A stretch of DNA of 64,000 nucleotides, taken from assembly GCA_050251945.1 (NCBI GenBank), contig JBFWLW010000005.1, positions 32,001 to 96,000 on the forward strand, written 5' to 3'. The DNA is from Deferribacterales bacterium (GTDB lineage: Bacteria; Chrysiogenota; Deferribacteres; Deferribacterales; Geovibrionaceae). Of this stretch, positions 57,273 through 64,000 are shown piece after piece. Under the pieces are notes generated by a model, which worked only from the letters and a program-made list of their open reading frames with translations, was not told the origin of the DNA and made no database searches. Position 1 is the stretch's first letter. The number at the start of each line of letters is the position of its first letter. The translations under genes were made by a program, and so were the position numbers.

Positions 57273-58703
57273 ATGGAACAGTCTGATAATTCAAGCAGGG
57301 GACATATATTTGAGGAATTTGTTTACAAGCAGAAACCTGAGATAGAAGTTTCTCCTGACAGAATGACCGCAACGGTCAAAATTCCCGAAAGCCCGCTTTA
57401 TGCAGACGTATTCGGACTGCTGGCGGATGCAGGCATATATACCGGTATAGACACCGCGGCCGTGCGCGAAGTGAACAGTCTTCTTTTGCGCGGCGGCAGG
57501 ATGGAGCGCTCGTATACTGTTGCCAGAGGCAGACAGCCTTCAAACGGACAGAACGGAGAGCTTATCCTCCGTTCCGCCAGACCTCAGGATATGATACTGT
57601 CTTCCGACGAACTTGTCAGTGTGGATTACAGAATATATAGGCAGAAGCAGCTTGCTCTTGCGGAGAAGGAACAGCCTATCGCTATGATAATCAACCCCAC
57701 AATAGGGCGCGAAGGCTCCGACGTTTTCGGCAGACCTATACCAGCCAGAGACGGCGAAGAGGTTAATCTTGAACTGGGCAAGAATGTTTATATCAGCGGT
57801 AAAAAGGTCATAAGTCTCATTGACGGTCTGGTTGAATACGGAAAAGTAAAAGGTCAGATAAATCTTGATGTCAGCGAAGTGTATGTCGTTAAAGAGGATG
57901 TGGATTTTTCAACGGGAAACATAGATTTCCCCGGTTCTGTTATCGTTAAAGGCAGTATAAAGGCGGGCTTTGAAGTGCGGGCAAAGCACGAAGTAGTCGC
58001 CACCACCATCAGAGGACGTGTTGTCGCAGGCGGAGGCGTTACCGCGCGGCAGGGAATCATCGGCGGACAGGACGCCGCCGATATCTATGCGGAAGGCTCC
58101 GTTTATGCAAAATTCGTTCATAAGGCAAAGATAATCACCAACGAAGGCGTTTATATCAAAAAATCCATCATGAGTTCGGAGATATATGCGGAAAAAGAGG
58201 TTATCGTGGATGGTGTTCCCGGAAGCATAATCGGCGGAAAAGTTTTTTCTGTTGAAGGAATTTCGGCGAGGGTATACGGTTCCGAAGCTTACATAAAGAC
58301 CGACGTTGCCATATTCACATCGGTTAAGGATGTGATGGATATGAAAAGAATGATGGCACACCGGTATGAAACGTCAAAAATGCTGACAAAGCTCGAAACC
58401 TATCTGGGCAATAACAAAGAAATACTTATGCGTCAGGGGGAAGACAAGCGGGTCATGATAGATAAACTGCTGATAAAACGGGAACAGCTCAGAAAAGAAG
58501 TAGCTTCTCTGGACGGCATGATAAAAGAGGTTCAGGCGAAACTGGTGCTCAAAAACGACAGCAGAATCTTTATCGGCAGATTTGCTTATCCTGAGGTTAA
58601 GTTTATGATAGGCGGACGTTTTTCCCTGACCAAGGACAAAACTACTAAAGGATACTATTACTTTGACACTGAGTCGGAAGACGTGGAGTTTAAATACGGC
58701 TAA
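57273..58703 (+). CDS. FapA/DUF342 family protein
   Basis: VSPDRMTA, VARG..P.NG.NG, DVDFSTGNIDFPGSV. Confidence 0.88.
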   Translation: MEQSDNSSRGHIFEEFVYKQKPEIEVSPDRMTATVKIPESPLYADVFGLLADAGIYTGIDTAAVREVNSLLLRGGRMERSYTVARGRQPSNGQNGELILRSARPQDMILSSDELVSVDYRIYRQKQLALAEKEQPIAMIINPTIGREGSDVFGRPIPARDGEEVNLELGKNVYISGKKVISLIDGLVEYGKVKGQINLDVSEVYVVKEDVDFSTGNIDFPGSVIVKGSIKAGFEVRAKHEVVATTIRGRVVAGGGVTARQGIIGGQDAADIYAEGSVYAKFVHKAKIITNEGVYIKKSIMSSEIYAEKEVIVDGVPGSIIGGKVFSVEGISARVYGSEAYIKTDVAIFTSVKDVMDMKRMMAHRYETSKMLTKLETYLGNNKEILMRQGEDKRVMIDKLLIKREQLRKEVASLDGMIKEVQAKLVLKNDSRIFIGRFAYPEVKFMIGGRFSLTKDKTTKGYYYFDTESEDVEFKYG

Positions 58704-59779
58704 ATGCTCAGAAATTTCGAGTTAAAAAGGTAACCGTCTGCAGATTCCCCTATCAGCCCCATATCGAGAAATTTTTTAATGTCCCTTGCGGCTGTTGTGC
58801 GGCTGACCTTCCCGTAATAGTTTATGAAGGGCTTTTTCAGAAGCATATCCTCATAGCGGAACGTGTTGCCTGTTCTGTAAAGCATCAGAAGGAAATCGTG
58901 CTGGCGTTTTATGAGTTCTTTTTCACCCAGAAGCACCGCGAGATATTTTTCCACGCTGTTGTGGCGTATTGTGGCAAGGTTTGTAAGGGTTCCGTCTTTC
59001 ATCATCATTATCAGCCTGCGCGCAGTAAAGTCCGCAAAGCCCGATATGTCGGACGTTCTGTAAAATTCCGAAGCATTTTTAAGATATTCTTCCCTGTTGT
59101 TGGCAAACACTTCCTGCATGAGATACGGCAGAGCGTTAAGTCCCAGTTTTCTCATTAAGAAAATACCCGCTATCGCCGCTGTTTTACCGTTGGCAGTGGA
59201 AAACGGCTGAATTTTTTTCAGATGCAGATGCAGCAGAAGTCCTTTCAGAAACGGGCTGACCTTAGCGGTCTCATCGCATGTGAGCCATTCTGCCAGATTT
59301 TTCATAAGAAAATTTATATCCAGTGCAGACGTTGGCGGCGTCCAGCCTGTTTCGCCGTCGTCACAATGAGCCGCCGTCTTTCTGTAGGTTCCTGAATCAG
59401 CCACGTTCATGTTTTTGGTAAGTTCTGCGTGGATCGACGCGGTAAGTTCCGGCGAAAGAGGCTCGCTGAGGCTGTTTTCCGCAAATTTCAGTGTATAGAA
59501 GGCATTGATTGTACTTATGGACTGCATGTCCTGTGTGAAATTGCTTCGGTCGTGGGTGATTATGCGGCAGACCTGATCGAAAGTGACGTTGCTGTCGTCC
59601 ATACTGATCAGACCGTAGACGGATCTTGCCGTAAGATTGTCTGTCAGGTATGAAAAGGCGCCCGGGCGCGATGGTATGCTGAGCAGCATTTCAAGTGAAG
59701 ATATCACGGGCATTACGTCTGCCGAAAGCCCAGAATTGAAGAAATAACTGCTTGAATGGAATGTTTTGACTGTTCGCAC
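58700..59779 (-). CDS. Fic-family protein with degenerate motif and C-terminal HTH
   Basis: IHAELT..SGTYR; IQPFSTANGKTA; VSRTTAARDIKKFLDMGLI. Confidence 0.75.
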   Translation of the reverse strand: MRTVKTFHSSSYFFNSGLSADVMPVISSLEMLLSIPSRPGAFSYLTDNLTARSVYGLISMDDSNVTFDQVCRIITHDRSNFTQDMQSISTINAFYTLKFAENSLSEPLSPELTASIHAELTKNMNVADSGTYRKTAAHCDDGETGWTPPTSALDINFLMKNLAEWLTCDETAKVSPFLKGLLLHLHLKKIQPFSTANGKTAAIAGIFLMRKLGLNALPYLMQEVFANNREEYLKNASEFYRTSDISGFADFTARRLIMMMKDGTLTNLATIRHNSVEKYLAVLLGEKELIKRQHDFLLMLYRTGNTFRYEDMLLKKPFINYYGKVSRTTAARDIKKFLDMGLIGESADGYLFNSKFLSI

Positions 59780-59788
59780 CGTTCACCA

Positions 59789-59811
59789 TATTGATTAAAA
59801 TTTAATCAATA
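59789..59811. promoter_or_regulatory. Perfect 11-1-11 palindrome upstream of the Fic-HTH gene
   Basis: TATTGATTAAA-A-TTTAATCAATA. Confidence 0.6.
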
Positions 59812-59829
59812 GTATTACGGCTCCGCAGA

Positions 59830-60606
59830 TTATTCAAGTCCTTTCGCCTGAACCCACAGATTTTCCATTTCATCAAGCGTTGCTTCCTTGCATGAACGTC
59901 CGTTCAATTTCAGTTGTTTTTCTATATGCTTAAAACGTTTGATAAACCTATCGTTCGCCTTTCTAAGCGCTTCATCGGGGTTTACTTTGCAGAAACGGGA
60001 CATATTTATGACCGAGAAGAGAACGTCGCCTATTTCGTGTTCCATTCTGTCTCTGTCGCCATCATCGAAAGCCTCTTTGAACTCTTCAACCTCTTCGTCC
60101 AGTTTTGCCATGCAGTCTTCTGGTTTTTCCCAGTCAAAGCCGACCTTGCGGACTTTCTCCTGAATTTTGAGTGCGCGCATAATGGACGGATACGCGGCAG
60201 GAATATCGCTCAGAATAGATTCTGCCTGTTTTGCTTTTTTCTCTTCTTTTTTGATCTCGTCCCAGTTGGCCAGGACTTCGTCCGAGTCCGAAACGGATAC
60301 TGTTCCGAAAACGTGGGGGTGTCTGCGCACGAGTTTTGCGGAGACTTCGGCAAGAACCTCGTCGATATTAAACCGTTTTTCATCCTCTGCCATCACGCTG
60401 TGAAAAACAGTGTGAAACAGTACGTCGCCCAGTTCTTCGCGTATATTGGGGATGTCTTCCCTGTCAAGGGCATCCAGAAGTTCAAAAGCTTCCTCGATAA
60501 AGAGATTTTTAATTGAGAAGAGATTCTGCTCTCTGTCCCACGGACAGCCGTTTTCGCTGCGTAACGTTTTGACAATGTTTACCAGTTTTTCAAATTCTTC
60601 ACTCAT
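59830..60606 (-). CDS. mazG: Nucleoside triphosphate pyrophosphohydrolase
   Basis: GCPWDREQ, EELGDVL, RRHPHVF, EIGDVLF. Confidence 0.96.
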   Translation of the reverse strand: MSEEFEKLVNIVKTLRSENGCPWDREQNLFSIKNLFIEEAFELLDALDREDIPNIREELGDVLFHTVFHSVMAEDEKRFNIDEVLAEVSAKLVRRHPHVFGTVSVSDSDEVLANWDEIKKEEKKAKQAESILSDIPAAYPSIMRALKIQEKVRKVGFDWEKPEDCMAKLDEEVEEFKEAFDDGDRDRMEHEIGDVLFSVINMSRFCKVNPDEALRKANDRFIKRFKHIEKQLKLNGRSCKEATLDEMENLWVQAKGLE

Positions 60607-60700
60607 TTAATTGATTTCCTATCCGATAAAATATACAATATTACGTTGATTCAAACATAAAAGTTACGGGGAGTTATTTAACTCAATTTTGAGGTGAAGT

Positions 60701-62992
60701 ATGCGCTTTATTAAATTAAGTATCAAGCAGTATGTTTCGATAGGGGTGTACATAGGGATACTGCTTATAACGGTGATACTTTCGGGATACGACTATCTTT
60801 CGCTCCGCGGAACTATGATAAAAGATGCCGCATCCGATATGTCGTCCATGTCTGATATTATTAACAACAGGCTCAGTGAAAAGCTGGACGATATTTCTCT
60901 TACTGTTAAATCCATTGCCGACGATCAGGAAACAGCCGGTATGCTTGCCACAGGAGACCGCGAAGGGCTTGTCGGAAAATATAAGAAATATTACGAATCG
61001 GTTAAAGATTCAGGCGTTGTCCAGTTTCAGTTCCACACGCCTCCTGCAACAAGCTTTCTTCGTCTGCACAAGGTTGATAAGTTCGGTGACGATCTTTCCG
61101 CGTTCAGAGGAACCGTTGTTCAGGCGAATAAAATGCTTAAGCCTGTTATCGGTCTTGAGGTGGGAAAGGGCGGACCCGGACTGCGTTCTGTTTTTCCCGT
61201 AATGTATCAGGGGCAGCATGTCGGCTCTGTTGAGTTCGGCGGTTCCATTGACCCCCTTGTGGATTATATGAGCAAATCGTTCAACGTATCATTCGCAGTC
61301 GGTATCAAAGACGATGTGATAGCGAAATCCGAAGGGATGGACAGACAGTCTTCCGATGTTGATAAAGACGGAATAAGGTATTACAGGAACAACCTTGAAC
61401 ATGCAGAAGAATTCGTAAACGCATATAAAGGCGACGGCATCTCTGAAATAGACGGACACAGTATTTATATCTACAACTTTGCACTTAAAGACTATAAAGG
61501 CGACGACATCGGAAATATCCTGTTCTTTAAGGATATGACCCCTCAACTTAAAAGCGCTCTGCTTGCAGCAATCAAAAAGTTCATAATCGGTTTTGTTATG
61601 GCATCCATATTTGCCGTAATACTGTACTACACTCTGCAATACTATCTGAAACTCATAGACAAGCTGGGACAGATCGCCGACGCTGTTACAACCGGCAACG
61701 GCGACCTTTCAAGACGTCTGCCCGTTAAGAAAGAGGGCAACGAGCTTGAGACAGTTTCATTTAAAATGAACAATTTCCTCGGCACTCTTGATAAAAACCT
61801 GACCAAGACCATACATACTCTGGGCGACCTGCTCTCAGGCGTTATGCCCATTTACTACGCTTTGGTGGACGTGCGCAAAGCGGCGAACCAGAACGTTGAC
61901 CTCTCCGCTACCGTTGCGGCGGCAGGAGAGGAGATGAGCGTTACAGTTGAGGAGATATCCCGCAACACCGCCGAAGTGGCGGAAAAGGGCGAAAGAACCC
62001 TTGTGATGGCACAGGAAGGCTCCGCCATAGTTCAGGAAGCGACTGAAAAGGCGGAACATGTTAAAGAAGTTGTCGCATCGCTGGCAAACGACATAAGTTC
62101 TCTTACGGAAAATGCAACTATCATTGGTTCAGTTGTTAACGTTATCAACGATATATCGGAACAGACAAACATGCTGGCTCTTAACGCCGCCATCGAAGCG
62201 GCGAGAGCGGGAGAGGCCGGCAGAGGCTTTGCCGTGGTTGCGGACGAGGTTCGCAAACTGGCGGAAAAGACACTGGCTTCCACAAACGAGATAGAGAAGA
62301 TTGTCAAAGTGATTCAGGAAAACGTCAAAAAGGCGAACGGAAACGCCAAACTTGTTGAAGAGAACATCATTGAGCAGGTTCAGGCAACTGAAAAAGCCAA
62401 CGAACGCTTTAATGAGATACTCCATTCCGTTATGGATCTGAACGCTCTGCTTCTTAACACCTCAACAGCATCCGAAGAGCAGGCGAGTGCCACTGCGGAC
62501 GTTGCGGGCAACATTGAAAAAGTTGCGGAATCTTCAAAAGAATCAAGAGACAGGGTCGAAAGCCTTATGGATGAGATCGACGCGCTCATGGACGCTTTGA
62601 GCAATATAGAAAAAGACCTTATCCAATATGAACTTTCCTGCAGTTCGCTCCTGTTCGTCAAAGCGAAAATGGCTCACGTCAAATATCTTAAAAATGTGTA
62701 TAATTCCTTTATGAAAGGCGTTGCGCCCACTAACCTGAAAGACCATGCAACCTGCGATTTCGGAAAAATGTATTACAGCAAACAGTCTCAGGCTATTTTC
62801 GGCAGCGACCCTGATTATAAGGCTATTGAGAAACCGCACATGGAAGTGCATAAGCTCTCTCACCAGATCGCCGATCTTCTGCAGAAGGGCGAACGTGAAA
62901 AAGCGCAGGACGTTCTTTATGTCATGCGCCAGAATGTGGAACACCTTATCGGGCTTCTGGATAAAATGTTTGAAAAGGCGAAATGCCTGTAA
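60701..62992 (+). CDS. Methyl-accepting chemotaxis protein (dCache-HAMP-MCP-CZB)
   Basis: [43 protein letters not shown]...H. Confidence 0.93.
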   Translation: MRFIKLSIKQYVSIGVYIGILLITVILSGYDYLSLRGTMIKDAASDMSSMSDIINNRLSEKLDDISLTVKSIADDQETAGMLATGDREGLVGKYKKYYESVKDSGVVQFQFHTPPATSFLRLHKVDKFGDDLSAFRGTVVQANKMLKPVIGLEVGKGGPGLRSVFPVMYQGQHVGSVEFGGSIDPLVDYMSKSFNVSFAVGIKDDVIAKSEGMDRQSSDVDKDGIRYYRNNLEHAEEFVNAYKGDGISEIDGHSIYIYNFALKDYKGDDIGNILFFKDMTPQLKSALLAAIKKFIIGFVMASIFAVILYYTLQYYLKLIDKLGQIADAVTTGNGDLSRRLPVKKEGNELETVSFKMNNFLGTLDKNLTKTIHTLGDLLSGVMPIYYALVDVRKAANQNVDLSATVAAAGEEMSVTVEEISRNTAEVAEKGERTLVMAQEGSAIVQEATEKAEHVKEVVASLANDISSLTENATIIGSVVNVINDISEQTNMLALNAAIEAARAGEAGRGFAVVADEVRKLAEKTLASTNEIEKIVKVIQENVKKANGNAKLVEENIIEQVQATEKANERFNEILHSVMDLNALLLNTSTASEEQASATADVAGNIEKVAESSKESRDRVESLMDEIDALMDALSNIEKDLIQYELSCSSLLFVKAKMAHVKYLKNVYNSFMKGVAPTNLKDHATCDFGKMYYSKQSQAIFGSDPDYKAIEKPHMEVHKLSHQIADLLQKGEREKAQDVLYVMRQNVEHLIGLLDKMFEKAKCL

Positions 62993-63000
62993 GATATACG

Positions 63001-63028
63001 AAGGCGCACTTAACGGTGCGCCTTTTTT
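63001..63028 (+). terminator. Rho-independent terminator
   Basis: AAGGCGCAC-ttaacg-GTGCGCCTTTTTT. Confidence 0.85.
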
Positions 63029-63063
63029 CTTGATTTATCTGTAAAACGTGCGATTCTACTAAT

Positions 63064-63966
63064 ATGAATATCGACGAAGCATCAGCAATTTATCTTGACT
63101 TCATGCAGAACGAGAAGGGCGCCTCACGCCACACCATAGTGAACTATTCAAAAGACCTTGCAGACCTATGCACATATCTGGAAGAATCCGGCATCAGCAC
63201 TGTTGAAGATGCTGACTTTTTCATGCTTCGAGGCTTCGTTGCCATGCTTTATGAAAAAGGATTCTCCAAATCCACCGTTGAACGCAAGATAGCCTGCCTG
63301 AAATCTTTCTTTAACTTTTTGCAGAAGAAGAATAAATCCGAAGATAATCCCGCGCGGATGCTCAAATTTCCGAAAAAAGAGAAAAAAGCGTTCGACGTGT
63401 TCAATATCGACAGCATCGTGACTTTGCTCGAATTGCCTGAAAAGGATAAACCTTTCGGACTGCGCGACGCGCTTCTGCTTGAGATGATGTACGGAACCGG
63501 CGTGCGTGTAAGCGAGCTTGTGGGGCTTGGTATCAACGATATCGACTTCGGCGGTCTGCGTATCCGTGTTAAAGGAAAGGGCAAAAAAGAACGCATCGTT
63601 CCGGTCGCCGATATGCATATAGAGATGATCAGAGACTATCTGGACAAGCGCGCAGACGATTGCGGCGGGCATGTCAAAGACGGTGAAGCGCTGTTTATCA
63701 ATAAACTCGGAACAAGGCTCACAGACAGGTCGGTCAGGCGCATAGTGGAGAAATACCTCCTGCTCGCGGGGCTTCCGCTTGATTACTCCCCACACTCGTT
63801 CAGGCACACCTACGCAACGCATCTTCTGGAAGGCGGCGCAGACCTGCGCACCATTCAGACCCTTCTGGGGCATGAATCACTGTCCACAACGCAGAAATAT
63901 ACCCATCTCAACCTTTCAGAACTTCTTAAAGTGTACGACAAGACCCACCCAAAAGCCAAAAAATAG
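63064..63966 (+). CDS. xerC: Tyrosine recombinase XerC-like
   Basis: RVSEL, GKGKKER, HSFRHTYATHLL, LLGHESLSTTQKYTH. Confidence 0.88.
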   Translation: MNIDEASAIYLDFMQNEKGASRHTIVNYSKDLADLCTYLEESGISTVEDADFFMLRGFVAMLYEKGFSKSTVERKIACLKSFFNFLQKKNKSEDNPARMLKFPKKEKKAFDVFNIDSIVTLLELPEKDKPFGLRDALLLEMMYGTGVRVSELVGLGINDIDFGGLRIRVKGKGKKERIVPVADMHIEMIRDYLDKRADDCGGHVKDGEALFINKLGTRLTDRSVRRIVEKYLLLAGLPLDYSPHSFRHTYATHLLEGGADLRTIQTLLGHESLSTTQKYTHLNLSELLKVYDKTHPKAKK

Positions 63967-64000
63967 GTGGTTGCTGTTGATATGCTTTGTAATCTAAAAT

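Noticed and set aside
58700..60606. MazG-Fic toxin-antitoxin or defence system
   Set aside because: MazG is the full tandem housekeeping type and the Fic domain lacks catalytic residues
63064..63966. Prophage or island integrase
   Set aside because: Length and motifs fit housekeeping XerC; no phage genes in the window
188..63997. Antisense and alternate-frame ORFs in the track (e.g. 1963-2580, 6481-7194, 16090-16899, 36023-36787, 63166-63873)
   Set aside because: Shadows of well-supported genes with no recognisable motifs

Overview
Chromosomal window from an anaerobic respiring bacterium. Gene style and content (split Fo operon after hemL, multiheme cytochromes, cowN, yedF, sensory hydrogenase) suggest Deferribacterota such as Seleniivibrio, Geovibrio or Denitrovibrio; this is inference only. 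It holds housekeeping genes (clpC, def, cydAB, argJC, hemL, atpZ/I/B/E, hypCD, hflX, rsmE, smc, mazG, xerC, two tRNA-Ser) mixed with signalling and accessory loci. Highlights: (1) A WYL regulator transcribed divergently from an uncalled 44-aa membrane micro-protein. Each promoter carries a CGACA-N5-TGTCG palindrome, the micro-protein promoter has PafBC-like geometry (TGTCGC-N10-TATATT), and an 8.4-unit 83/84-bp REP-doublet array separates the two genes. (2) A cytoplasmic sensory [NiFe]-hydrogenase operon wired to a hybrid kinase, a stand-alone receiver and an HD-GYP phosphodiesterase. (3) Five mosaic MITE-like elements with IS1182-like ends that carry REPs and sit in terminator hairpins, plus a second hairpin element family. 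(4) An 11-heme NapC/NirT-c7 fusion cytochrome, a PanE-Nudix fusion, a His-less Fic-HTH protein, and an hflX with no canonical start codon. All calls come from reading the sequence; no database searches were run.
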